From Vicugna vicugna (taxonomy: Eukaryota): DNA of 64,000 nt. The notes under the pieces are model-generated. The model was not told the DNA's origin and made no database searches. It was given only the letters and a program-made list of their open reading frames with translations. The translations under genes and the position numbers were made by a program. This document shows positions 37,250-50,150 of this stretch, piece after piece. Position 1 is the first letter of the stretch, and each line of letters begins with the position of its first letter. The stretch spans positions 4,444,716 to 4,508,715 of the forward strand of contig MU058337.1 of the NCBI GenBank assembly GCA_013265495.1. Direction: 5' to 3'.

Positions 37250-37712
37250 TTTTGGTGGATTGAATAGTGTCCCCTAAAAGATATGCCCAAATATTAACCT
37301 CTGGGACCTGTGAATTTGAACTAATTTGGAAAAGGGTCTTTGCCGATGTAACACTGAATTAAGGGTCTCAGGATGAGGCCATCTTGGATTGGGGCGGGGA
37401 GGCTAATTTCAATGACAGGTGTATTTATAAGAGCAAAGAGAGGAAGATCTGGCACTGAGACCCAGGGGGAACACCATGTTAAGACACAGAAAGAGACTGG
37501 AGTTCCGCAGCTACAAGCCAAGGGACGCCAAAGAAGGTAGCAACTGCTAGAAATGAGAGGATGCAAGGAGCGCCTTCCCTCTCGAGTCTTCAGAGGGTGT
37601 ATGGCCTGCTGAACTTTGATTTTAGGTCTCTGGCCTTGAGAACAGTGAGAAAATACATTTCTGTGATTTTAAGCCACCAAGTTTGTAGTCTTGTATTACA
37701 GCAGCCCCAGGG
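37250..37712 (+). mobile_element. MaLR MLT1C/D-like LTR
   Basis: tgaatagtgtcccctaaaagatatg...ggaaaagggtctttgccgatgtaa...tttaagccaccaagtttgtagt...ttacagcagcccca. Confidence 0.85.
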
Positions 37713-38289
37713 GAAAAAAAGTATATAAATAATATAAATTTACATGGAAAACATAAAATAAACTATGCAAAATATAAAACGTACAATTTATATGTAAAAT
37801 ATATACAATCCCTATGTAAATTTTATGTTAAATTAATCAAGCAGGGAAACTCTTATCCACGATCATATGTCTCTTTAAAATAGAGCACTGTTTTCAGAAT
37901 CACATAGACTTGTCATCGTCATGGCGATACAGTGTTTAAAGGTGTAATCTCATGACTAAAGTGATTTTCTTGATACAGTTAAAAAATCTCTCCTAGGAGT
38001 CTAATATTTAACCAAGCCTCAGTGCACATGATACATTTTATATCTTTGATCTCTGCTAATATTTCAAGGTGGTCATGGCATTTTTTCAAATGCACTACAC
38101 AGCTTTGGTCAGATTTCATCTTACTTATTCATAAAATCTGCTTAAGTTTCCTGTCAACATTGATTTCCTTTTCCTAATAGCTTTCAGCCCTTCAGTGTCT
38201 GTAGTACATATTTTGACACCTCAATTAAATTTGATCTTACATTTATGTAACATAGTACAGGTTAATCACGATTGTGTAATCATAACTAC

Positions 38290-38470
38290 CATTTACTGAG
38301 GGCACAGTATTTGTGTGTGAATAATACATGTTATTTCTCAACCCTTCAGCAAAATTCCGTATTTTATAGATGAGGAAGCTGAGGTTCAGAGAGGTGAAGT
38401 GACAGGTAACATGGCACAAAGTCATAATTGAAATTTACTATCTCTGAGTTCAAAGTCCAAAGCTTTTCTC
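38290..38470. mobile_element. MIR SINE
   Basis: attttatagatgaggaagctgaggttcagagaggtgaagtgac MIR core. Confidence 0.75.
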
Positions 38471-40406
38471 CTGGGTTATTCTGCTTTTTCAGAAATTTCT
38501 CTAAGTTGGTAATTTGAAATAAAAAATTTTTTTTTCAAAGAAACAGAACCTCGCAGTGTTTATTTACCCTACAATGTACCTGGACAGCAATATGTACAGC
38601 CAGAGGGAAATGTTGACATATGAGTTCCAATCTGATTGACTTTGAATATATCCTTCCCAGTAGAGGCAACATAATTTGGGAACTTAAAACTCCAGATTAT
38701 TGGAAACCAACCAAGTTCTCCTTGGCTTGGTAAAGACTCAAGGTCATGAGAGAGATCCAAAGGATTTGGGGCAGGGGGAAATGCTCTGAAGGGCATCTCA
38801 CGGTCTTTTGCTAAATCAGATACCCAGTGGACACCTCTGGAGCCTGAGCTCCCTTACTTCTGCCTGTTGCTTTGAGAAGAGTCCCATAGCGCAGAGATTT
38901 TATCTGCAGACTTTCATTTCCAATGCATTTAAGAGTTAATCCTGATGGGGGTTACCCTCCTCTGGCCTACTGCTGAGCAGGACAAAACCTCACCACTTTT
39001 CTTGAATAACTGAAAATCACAGAGCCCTTTAGGTGTGTTTAATGCTTATTAACCACTGGTATCTATGGAGAAATTTGGACAGAAGTAACAAAAAAGAAAA
39101 AATGTACAAGTTAATAAATCTCCCCAAACAAGTTGCCCCTGACGTTCACTGGATGCTGTGAGCAAGCACTCACTCTCTTACCCTTCCTTTGCCACAAATA
39201 TTTCCCCATTTTAGAAGCTCCAGACAACTTTCTCTTCCTTTCTCCTTCCAGAATCTGTAGGCTTGGGTCTCTCTTCCATATAAAACGAGGCTCCATCGTT
39301 TTCTTCCCTTCTCAGTTGCTTGGCTCTTGAAATTAAATGTCATCCTGTTTCTTTTGGAGTTTTCTGATTAACCTCTTGGGGGCAGCAACCTCTCAGTTCT
39401 TTACGACATTTTCCTAGACTCCAGCGGATGTTAAATTTCAAGTGAATCAACATCAGCTTATTTGTTTTGTTTTTGCCATTGGAGTTTGTTATTATGTCAC
39501 TCTTTTAATGTCTGCCTCATTCCATTAACTAAAATAGTAAACCTATGAACCAAAGTCAGATGTCTTTGTAAATTGACAAAGGACAAATTTGCTTGTTCAA
39601 TGAAAGAAGCAGTTGACACACTGGCTTCCAGCTTAATTTAGCTCATTTTCACTCTCCCGAAAATTTATAGTGAAAAATTCATTTTTCCCCATTAGTTAAC
39701 CCCCCAAGTTATATTTCTGTTCTTTAACCATTTTACATGTGTGTTTCCATAGCTGATGCAACCTCCATGAGGTCAAAGGCTACAAGTTACAATTCCACTT
39801 AATTTTTAACTAGCCTAGTACTTACGAATGCATTTATGTAGGTACTTGATAGTGTGAAAGCTACTGGCTTGAACTGAATTAAATTCTTTTAATGAGCATT
39901 TGTGTCTATTTTAGAAAAGGAGGAATGCTAGGTAATTAGAACACAAAGATAAATAAGATATAACCCATTCATTCTCAAGGAACTCACATGACTTTTTTTT
40001 TAATCTTTGTGCCCTAAATCTTTGTGTTTTATTTGGAGTAGGTAATAGAGACACATGGTTCCCAATTAAAAGAATATATTGAGATTTACACTGAGAATTG
40101 CTGCTCCTACTTCGCCTCCAAAAATCCCCCCTCCAAGGCCACTCAGCCCCCAGCTGGTAATCATCTGCATCAATTAATCCCGTGTCCTTTCAGTGCTCCT
40201 TTATGCAGATACAAGCAGCATAAATACACACACATACATATTTGCTCATTTCTTTCTTTCCTTGTGCAGAAGTTCCATATCGTCCTGACCTTGCCATTTC
40301 CACTTCACGTACTCTAAAGATCTTTTTACATCTGTACGCTGGGAGTGTTTTTATCCTATCTTTATTTAAATGGCTGCATAATCACTACGTGAATGATTGT
40401 TTAACC

Positions 40407-40722
40407 CAGGATTTCTCGCCCTTGGCACTATTGACCGTGGGGTAGGGTGATTTTTTGTTTGGGGGAGGATTAGGCTTTTTGTTTATTTATTTTCTTATTT
40501 TAGTGGCGGCACTGGGGATTGAACCCAGGACCTCGTGCATGCTAAGCATGCCCTCTGCCACTGAGCTGCACCCACCCTAAGGGTAGGGTAATTTCAGGGG
40601 GCAGAGGTTATCCTTTGAGGGGTAGAATGCTCTGCAGCCCCCCTGACTTTTACCACTGGATGCCAGGAGCCCTCCCCAGCTGTGACAGCCAAAACTAAAT
40701 CACCCCTAGCTGAGGACTTGTG
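40407..40722. mobile_element. MER20 hAT transposon, interrupted by a SINE and lying inside an old L1ME fragment
   Basis: caggatttctcgcccttggcactattgac ... ccactggatgccaggagc...gctgtgacagccaaaa; 8-bp flanks gtttaacc and gtttaaac. Confidence 0.7.
40452..40578 (-). mobile_element. Vic-1-type SINE
   Basis: ctggggattgaacccaggacctcgtgcatgctaagcatgccctctgccactgagctg; gggtagggt on both flanks. Confidence 0.88.
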
Positions 40723-42449
40723 GTTTAAACGATCCCCTAATGAGGAACACTTGGGTTGCTTCTGATTTTTCTTATGCAGCGGTGAGTAATCTTGCACGTG
40801 TTATTTTGTCTACGTGCAGGATACAAATTTCCACCCATGAGATTGCTGATTTCAGGTGGAAGAACCTCTGTAAATTTGGACGTATTGAAACACCTCCCCC
40901 CAGCGGGGTCTTGCCATTTTGGAGTCCCTCCAACAATGTGTGAGCGGTGATTATTCCTACGTAACAAATGAACACATAACAAAACCTAAGGAGCCATGAA
41001 CAGGCCTGGTACACCTGGAGGTTCAGCGGGGCAGACGCGTGGCGCTTAGAGAGGGCTGTGGGCGGGGCGGGGGGCTGGGGCGCAGAGTGGAGAAGGTCTT
41101 CTATGACAAAGAGGAAGATCAGGGTTTTACGAAACAGGACGTGGAGCTCAGAGCATTTGTTAGCAGGAGAGTGGGGCGGGGATGGAGCTTGGGCTACGGG
41201 TGAGACCAAGCTGGGGCACAGCGGAGACTCACCGCTGTCGGAAGGGACCTGCAGCCTGGACCTTGAAGACTGCTCCCATGGTCCAGGGAGAGACGCAGAG
41301 GTGGGGCGCAGGCGCAGAGGAGGGACAGGGGGCGGAGTCCACGAGGGGGAGGTCGCTCAGATCTCTCTCCCTCTCCAGTCTGAGGTTAACCATCAGTCAG
41401 TTCACAATATGTCTCTGTTTACACCCTCAGTGGCTCTCAGTGCATTCTGAGTAAAAACTCAGTTAGAGTGACCCACCAGGCCCTCCGTGATCCTCGGGGG
41501 AAACTGAGGCTTTCCAGGAAGCAGGGGCGCAGAGGCCTGGCTTTTCTTCCTCCACCGGCTTCTCTCCGCTCTCTGCCTCAGTCACGCAGGCCTGGAAGCA
41601 CCAGGGTGGCCGGTTTGTGGGCCGTTCTGGGCAGAGGCCTGCCTGGCTTGCTGCAGTGGATGGGAATTCGGTGTCCACAGCTCCCAGCCTCGCCTTTAAT
41701 GGAGGTGGGGCTGCTGAATACGGCAACTGAAAACAGGCACGTTAATTCTGCGTCTGCAGTTGTTGAGCTTCTTGGCGTGTTGTTACCACGAACATCGTAT
41801 ATCCTACTGTCTTCAGGCCTGGACTCCCACCAAGTCACCAATACATGCATGTTTATTTGTTGTAAGCTTCCTACCCACATTCCTCTTACATCTCTCTTCT
41901 TTCATTTTCTATGGTTTGTGGTCTCTCTTTTCTTCATTTGGATTCTCCTTTTGTGGTGTGCTGAGTAATGGCCTGACGAAGGGTACCTGGCTCCCGGCTG
42001 CCCAGGGAGTCACTCTGGGACCCAACAGGGAGGAAGCCTCGTCAGGACTGCTGGCTGGGCGGCAGGGATCACTGCACGGGTCCTTACTGTTTCTTCAGAT
42101 TGAAGTTCTCTGGAAACTGCTTCAGGCTTTTCTCAGGTTCTCATCCACGTGTCAAAAAGGAAACATTCTACCTAGACATTTACAGACGGCTAAGCCTACA
42201 ACTTCTGACGTCAAATTTTTAATCTAAGTTTTCTTAATGAAAAAAGAGCCATATTTTCCAAAAGTTTAAATAAATTCTTTGGGCTGAGATATGCTGGAGC
42301 AAGTTTCACGTGAAAAGGCGATTTAAAAATACCTAGAGCTTGCGTCTTATTACTGTAGTTATGAAACTTTGATAGCCATTGCATAAAAGAACCTCACTGT
42401 TTCATTTACAAGTCCTTAAAATGTGCTCTGTGCGACTGGTGACATGTTC

Positions 42450-43190
42450 ATTCATATATAATAAACATATATGCATGTACCACACATATATGCTATAATG
42501 TGTACACATACATATACTAAATCATAAATATGTATATATTATACACACATACATATACTATATACGCATATATTACAATAGTATGTGTGCATATAGGTAT
42601 ACGTTATATGTATTATGTAAGATACATAATACACATATACTTTGTACACATGGACAAGTAGGTATCTATACATACATGTATTGTATTGTTTTCTATTCTA
42701 TACATGTTGCACTGCACCCTGCCAGCCTGCAAGTCTTCTAGTTGCCCAGCCTTGAGACCAAAGAAAGAGCCTGGATGGTGACAGAGACATCAGCGGTCTA
42801 CTGGACGGGGGATCTTACACAAAGGGTCCTGGAGCGACACCTTGCGTGTGTGGCAGACAGTGGGCAGGGCGTGGCAGCAGCGCTCACTACTCAGGGGAGA
42901 AGGAGGCTACCATTTATAGGGTGAGTTGACGTCACATGGGCTCATCAGTTTCCGGGGGCTAATTAAACCTTATAATTAAGAGAACTGGGTGGTCATGTGC
43001 GTGAAGCAGGGACTGGTCGAGCAGGGATATACAGAGAGCAAGAGACCATCTCGAGTGGCCTGATCATACAGCATGTAAATGCATATTATGTATGTATGTA
43101 TGTAAATGTGTATACAGTTTGTATGTATTTACATAGAGAGTATGTATTTGTTTATGTATGTCTATATCTATATAGTTCCATTAGAATATG
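42450..43190. repeat. Degenerate TA/CA/TG-rich simple repeat, split by an LTR
   Basis: Alternating purine-pyrimidine low-complexity sequence at 42450-42700 and 43075-43190. Confidence 0.75.
42708..43070 (-). mobile_element. Solo ERV LTR, family unassigned
   Basis: TG...CA-bounded GC-richer insert inside a simple repeat. Flanks acatgt and gcatgt. Minus-strand TATAAA at 42918-42913 and CRE at 42927-42934. Confidence 0.6.
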
Positions 43191-44549
43191 AACAGGACTC
43201 TTATGTTCTCATGTCGAGAAAACAGTATTTATTCTCTTACAAAGCTCTCATGGCAAGTTGTAGATTTCCACTTTGTGGCTGTTTCTGGAATTGTTCCCTC
43301 TGTTGCTTCTGGTCTGAATTGCCTCTACCCCATGGCTGGCTCCCTTTGTACTGTATCCTAAGGCTGTTATGGTCTCTGTTGCCCTGTTTATTATAAAAAG
43401 AGGCAAAGGAGGTGGCTACGTCTCACTCAGAAAATGAACGTCAAAGTGCCAGGCAGTATTAATGGGAAGTGAACAGATGTGAAGGAAACCATATTCGGGG
43501 ACATTGTTTTGCTTAAATTTGTTAGCAGCCCCAAATTATTCTCCATTTTTCCATAGAGGGCTTTTATAATCAACATGATTGTGATTTTCATTTCTAGGGC
43601 AATTTAAAGTGTTTTGTGAAGTTTTCACATTGACTCATTATTATTAAACCTCAGGGAGCAGAGAAATGTAGAGAAACCACATGTAAAGGGAGCCAGCCCT
43701 TTAGAGGCTGAGAGACATAAACATAGGGGAGTATCAGCTATTTCAGAAATAAGGCGTTTCATATAAACAGCTGTGGGAGATCCGTAAACACAAAAGCTTA
43801 ACACGTAACAAGGCGGACCGGGCTTTAAAGATGAAAGGGTAGAATTAACGTGTTTAAACACCCCTCAGGTTTCAGGCTGTCTTTAAATCACATTGCATGT
43901 ACCTCCCCTTCTTAAAATATGAATTAGCTGTGTCAGTGCACAGACGGCGCCCCTTTGTGAAAGCCTCAAGGCTCACTGTATAGTTTCTATCTCACATCAC
44001 TGATCTGCCGGGTCTTTCCCCATTTCTTTCCTTAAATCTAACTCCCCTCAACCACCCCCTTCCCAGAGCATTTTAGGGGTGTCCAACTCTACTCTTAAAG
44101 CTATCCGGGCATTTTTATGGGATTTTAAGGACTGGCGATTTTCACGTCTGTCTCTCCTACTGGAGCATGGGGTACTTGAAGACAAAAGCTATTCCTGAGT
44201 CTGTCGTCATGAACCCAGTTTGGGACACCTGGTGTTCAACACTTGTATTGAGGAAACAAAATGCAGGAACGCATTATTTACCTTTCCCAACTCAGTTTTC
44301 CTTCTAAAAATTTCCATACTTGTCTCTGGAATGATTACCTGTCAAACAGTACCAGGATGTCCTTGTCACTTTAGTGCTAATGATGTGGCTGGCTCCTTCT
44401 TGCTGGCCTTCTGTGTCGGACAGGAGACCCAGGTCACGCAACGCCTCTCTCAGGCGGTCCACAACCCCTGTGGGAAGTAGACAGCCCAGGGAACTGCGTG
44501 GACGGTTGAAGACAGAAACAAATTTCTCTCAAATATTCAGACAATGAAG

Positions 44550-45081
44550 TGTCGACTGAAAAAGAAAGTACTCAACCTAAAAGGTGAGAATTATGTTTTA
44601 TATGGTGGACGTTCTGAAGACTTCAAGCCTGGGAGGCAGCCTCTCACCGCCCAGAGGGACTGCACGGAAGAGGGAAGGGAGGAGCCAGGATATGTAGGAA
44701 TTTTGCATCAAAGACCAGGCAGTCAGAACATCAAAAAATTGCCACTAATTGAAGAAAGCCAGCCATCTCTAGGTAAGAAATTAGTACTTTTCTATTTATG
44801 GGAAGATGCAAGAGTCTGGGTTACTTGAAATCATTCCTTTGATGAGCACCATAGCCATTTAGGGTCATATTCTGTTCTTTCCCATCCTGAGTCCCTTCAG
44901 GGCGCCCCAGTGGGGGTGGCTGCAGTGGTTGAGGGCTTGGCAGTGGGCAGCCTGTTTGTCTCCATCCTGAGTTCCCTCAGGGCTCGCCATGGGGGCGGGG
45001 GTGGGGGTGGGTGGCTATAGTGACTTGAGGGTTGCAACATCCTTTGTTTACTGATGTGGCAGGCAACATTTTTCATTCACA
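44550..45081 (-). mobile_element. Solo ERV1 LTR, MER41-like
   Basis: TG...CA ends with 4-bp flanks gaag and ggag. gggaagatgcaagagtctgggttacttgaaatcattcctttgat is typical of artiodactyl MER41-like LTRs. Contains an internal ~80-bp duplication. Confidence 0.7.
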
Positions 45082-46390
45082 GGAGTCTGAGTATATTCAA
45101 GCTATTTTGGGAAGATGTAGATTAAACATCATTGTTTAATTGAGGTTGAAGACAGCACAAATGGTTAATTTAAGATAAAATCCACCTTAGGTATTGCAAT
45201 GCCCCAATTTTTTACTTTATCTTGTTATCAAATAATTGCCCGGTCTGTTGCTATTTTTCTTTTCTATTAGGCAGATACAGCTGATGCATTTGTTTTTTGT
45301 TTGAGTCACCCAGATAATTGTCTTCAGGTCCCCTTTGCTATTCGATAAGTTACAGGGGATTCAGTTCATTTTCTATGACTAGGTAATAGTCATGATGAAA
45401 CCAATTGGTCAATTGGCAAGGGATAAGGGGAGAACCCACAAGAGACATTTTGGGAGAAAGAAGAGTTCAACTATTTAGTAGAAATGATGGTTGTAAGCCT
45501 GGTCTTCATGCTGTTATTGGGAGCCTCCTAGCAGCGGGGGTTCAGGAATCTGTTTGGCTCTTCAAAGTGGTTTGCGGCTCAGGTCAGCTTCCAGAGTGGC
45601 TGGAGGGCTACTCATGGGAAGAACCAGGCAGGCTGGGGCTAGAAGCACTTCCATTAGCCCAGACCATCGATGGTGCTTTGAAAATGCACTTCTTATTTTA
45701 GAAAACCAGCATTTGATTGAATTACCCATTTTGCATTTATATCCTAGTTAAATGGAATATACAGTGAGTTTATTTAAAAGAAATAATTTTGCAAATTTTC
45801 CCTGCTTTAGCCTTGAGTCATTTTGCTAATTTTCACATAAAACATTCAATTAATTATAAGACATTTGTCCTGTGTCATCACCCTTTCAGTCACTTAAAAA
45901 TATACAGGCTATAATTACATAATTATTGGTTGTGAAAATGTGAATGCTTAGTTTTTAAAAGTTAAATTAGATCTCAAAAGGAAGAGATGCAACAGAAATG
46001 TATTTGTTGTGTTTCAATCAGCATCATCGAAGTAAACTAATTTCTAGTCACCTTACACAGCATCACCGTTTTTTCTCTCTTAAAGTGGAGGAAATAAACC
46101 ACTATTTCTTCATCAGTTAGTCTCATGATAATTTCAAAATGTTTCCAAATCTATGTATAGGTGATTGACCTACCGAGCATCACTTTAAAAATATAGAGGA
46201 AGAAAAGAAAGCTGAGAAACAATATTTTAACAAGGAAATAAAATAAAAATAAGATTGCCAGTGTGCCTATTTGAATGAATCCAGTCAGTTAGCCATTCGG
46301 TTCAAACAAATTTAACCAGAAAATCACCAAGACTCAAATTCTAAAGCAAATTTTGTTCAGCATAATCAGATCTTAAGAATTCAGTTAACA

Positions 46391-46589
46391 GACAGACATA
46401 GGTAGAATAGATAAACAAGTTTATACTGTACAGCACAGGGAAATATATCCAAGATCTTGTGGTAGCTCACAGTGAAAAAAAATGACAATGAATATATGTA
46501 TGTTCTTGTATACCTGAAAAATTGCGCTCTACAGTGGAATTTTACACAACATTGTAAAATGACTATAACTTAATAAAAAAAGTTAAAAA
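46391..46589 (+). mobile_element. Young 5'-truncated L1 3' end with a perfect 16-bp TSD
   Basis: aagaattcagttaaca at 46375-46390 and 46590-46605; A-rich tail. Confidence 0.9.
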
Positions 46590-46605
46590 AAGAATTCAGT
46601 TAACA

Positions 46606-47833
46606 AACACGTAAATGTAAGACTGGACACCGTAAATCTCCTGTAAGAAAACATAGGCAGTTCACTTTTTGACATAGGTTTTAACAAATTTTTTGGACCT
46701 TAGGCAAGATCCCCTTGGGCAAGGAAAATAAAAGCAACCCAAATGGGACCTAGTCCAACTTAAAAGCTTTGCACAGTGAACAAAGCCATCAGCAAAACAA
46801 AAAGACAATCTACTGAATGGGAGAAGACATTTGCGAAGATATGTCTGATAAAGGGTTAATATCCAAAATATGTAAAGAACTCATACAACTCAATATTTTT
46901 TTAAAACCCCATTAAAAATGGACAGAGGACCTGAATAAGCATTTTTCCAAAGAAGACATACAGATGGCCGACAGGCACCTGAAAAGATGCCCAACATCAC
47001 TAGTTATCAGGGAAATGCAAATCACAACCACAAAGAGGCGTCACCTCACACCTGTTAAAGTGGTTATTGTCAAAAAGACAACAAATAACAAGTGTTGACA
47101 CAGATGTGGAGAAAAAGGAACCCTCATATACTGTTACTGGGAAAGTAAATTGGTACAGCCTCTACAGAAAACAGTATGGCGGTTCCTCAGAAAATTAAAA
47201 ATAAAACTACCATGTGATCCAGCAATTGTGCTTGGATGTACATCTGTAGAAAATGAAAACACTAATTCAAGAAGATACATGCACCCCAATGTTCACTGCA
47301 GCATTATTTACAATAACAAGATATGGAAGCAACCTAGCTGTCCATCAGCAGATGAACAGACCAAGAAAATGTGGTATATATATATATACTATGGAATATT
47401 ACTCAGCCACAAAAATGATGAAATTTTGCCATTTGCAACAACATGAGTGGACCTGGAGGGTATTATGCTTAGTGAAATAAGTCAGATAGAGAAGAGCACA
47501 TACTGTATGTTTTCACTTATATGTGGAATCTACAAACTAAAAAAAAGAATGGATATGACAAAACAGAAACAGACTCACAGATACAGAGAACAAACTCGTG
47601 ATTACCAGTGAGAAGAGGGTGAGGGGAGGGGCAAGATAGGGGAAGGAGATTAAGAGGTACAAACTACTAGATATAAAATAAAGAAGAGATCAGGATGTCC
47701 TGTACCACACAGGGAAGATAGCCAATATTTTATAGTAATTTTATATGGAATATAATCTGTAAAAATATAGAATCATGCTGTATACCTAAAACTAATATAA
47801 TATTATGAGTCAACTATCCTTCAATTAAAAAAA
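46606..47833 (+). mobile_element. L1 3' ~1.2 kb (ORF2 C-terminus plus 3' UTR)
   Basis: [25 protein letters not shown] and [14 protein letters not shown] peptides (ORFs 47150.. and 47253..); ends tcaattaaaaaaa. Confidence 0.92.
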
Positions 47834-48174
47834 TTCTCATAGCTATGCTATTCTCCATGAATCTGAGCTATAGCCTTTATATTTTTTAATTAAAAAGAGA
47901 ACATATGAAAAAAAAGTAACATTCTTTTATTTACAGATACACCCCCCTGTATTATTTGGTTTCTAAAAATTCAGAGAAGTTTTGTATACACAATGTATCT
48001 TCAATGAGATGGTTCTAATATAGCTTAAAGCTAAACATGTTTGAGCTTCGGGAATAGGTCTGGTTTTCTCGATAAAAGGAATGGATTCTGGCCGTTTCTG
48101 TTCTCCAAGGGTTTTTTTTTTTTCTTCTTCCTATTTAATAACTTTATTTTGAAGAATTGCCAGCTTTATCTAGG

Positions 48175-48332
48175 CAGAGCTTCTCAGATTTTAATGCATG
48201 TGAATCCCCTGGGGGTCTTGTTAAAAATGCAGATTCTGACTCAGTAGGTCTGCGGTGGGACCTGAGTCTCTTTCTAACAGGTTCCCGGGTAATGCTGATG
48301 CTGTTTGTCCATGGACTATACTTTAAGCATCA
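48175..48332. mobile_element. MER5A hAT MITE
   Basis: gaatcccctgggggtcttgttaaaaatgcagattctgactcagtaggtctg. Confidence 0.75.
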
Positions 48333-48819
48333 AGGACTTTACAGAAATGTCTTATTTTCAAAACTTTAGTGGTCTCAGGACTCCTTGAAAACCAGCTTGC
48401 TGGGCAGAGCTGAGGTCTGCCTGTGTAGACTGGCCACGAAATGCACATTACAGGGGACAATTCCCCTTCCCTGGCCTTCCTAGTGCTTCGAGAGTATTTA
48501 CGATAGGCAATTTCCTTATATGAGAAACTTCAAAATTTTTGAATAAAAGCCAACTTATTCTCTTAAAGAAAAACCTCTTCCTTAAAAGAAAATCTAACTT
48601 TAAAATTCAAAATTCTAAAAATAAATCTGAGTTATAAAAACTCTTTAAGAGCATTTAGTAATCTACTTTAAAAAGAAACTGAGAAGGAAGAATTAGACGT
48701 ATTGAATGAAACATATTAATAGTTCCTTAAAACTCAGAAAGTAACAAAAAAGAATCTTTTAGCCCCACACACAGAGTTGCTTTATCATCTCTGAATAACA
48801 GCATCTATCAAAAGTTCTA

Positions 48820-48986
48820 GGTGGGAGTTGGTACAGCTCTGCACTAAAGTGCATGCTTAGCATGCACAGGGTCCCAGGTTCAATCCCCAGGACTTCCATT
48901 AAAAAAATAAGTTAAAAAAGTAAATAAAACTTATTATCTTCCTTCCTCCAAATAAAAAAGAAAAAGAAAAGATTGCTCTTTTAAAA
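48820..48986 (+). mobile_element. Vic-1-type SINE (diverged, long tail)
   Basis: gtgcatgcttagcatgcacagggtcccaggttcaatccccagg; aaaagttcta on both flanks. Confidence 0.8.
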
Positions 48987-49478
48987 AAAAGTTCTATACC
49001 CATGTATTCAGAATTTCTCTCTGCCCAACAGAGAAAGCACATTAAATTCATTATAAATATGATCCTTTCCATAATTCTGAGAGGGAGAGTATTATGCATT
49101 TTGTCTCTTGATCTGGCCTGCTAACTCTAAGAAAAAAGAACTACAGTGTCTTCTTTCCTGTGTCACAAAAGAGATTTGAAGGTCTAATAAAATTTAAAAT
49201 TTCGTAAAGAGACGCAGGAAGAAGTATGAGAGATTTTCCACTCGACAGCATAAGAGCACTTTTTGCTTAAATAATATTCAAGGGCCATGTATTGATAATG
49301 GAAACTTCGCCTGAGCTTCATCTTGCCTTGGGTGAGTGGGAAGATGTTGTGTACGGAGCGGGCTGTGGATCAAGGCAATCTTTGCTTGTTTTGATTATTT
49401 ATTGTTTTGTAACGAAATATTTTAAAAAGCAAACATCCTTTTAGGGGGATATACTTTTTGACTTCAAAAATGGCTTAG

Positions 49479-49900
49479 ACAGGTGGTTTTCAAAGTGTGG
49501 TCCCTGAACCAGCATCAACAACATCACCTGGGAACTTGTGAGAGCTGCAAATACTCAGGTCTCACACCAGACCTGCTGGATTAGAAACTCAGGGTGTGGG
49601 ACCCACCCAGCGGTCCACCCATCTGAAGTTTCAGAAGCTGCCCAACTGATTCTGATGGAGGTGCAGTGAAACTAAATCAGGTGTGTTCAACAGGAGTGAT
49701 TTTACCCTCCACCTCCTTCCAGAGACATGTAGCAATGTCTGGAGACATTTTTTGGTTGTTGCAATTAGGGGGAAGAGTGCTACTGCCATCTAGTGGTTAG
49801 AAGTCAGGGCTGCTGCTCAACACCTTAACACAAAGGACAGCCCCCACAATAGAACTGACCCGCCCAAATGTCAACGGTGAGGAGGTTGAGAAATTCTGCA
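49479..49900. mobile_element. Adjacent MER5A (~49479-49660) and MER20 (~49678-49900) hAT elements
   Basis: caggtggttttcaaagtgtggtccc...catcacctgggaacttgt; gcaatgtctggagacattttttggttg...tgctactgccatctagtgg. Confidence 0.75.
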
Positions 49901-49974
49901 CTAAACCCCTTAGGAGGGATTTCCTGAGCAGAGGTAAACTGAGTCAACAGAAAGGGATTAGGGAATGAGCAAAA

Positions 49975-50150
49975 GTCTAGAAATCAGGTTCTGGCTTTGC
50001 TAATGAAGAGTGGTGTGATTTCATGTGAATCTCTCGGTCTGTCTGCTTCACTTGTCTCATTTATAAAAGGGGGAACAATCCCTGCCTATAGCATGGGTTA
50101 CTACGAGGATCAAATGAGATAATGTGTACGAACCCACTTTGTGAACTATA
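49975..50150. mobile_element. MIR SINE
   Basis: ctcatttataaaagggg...gaggatcaaatgagataatgtgt. Confidence 0.6.
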
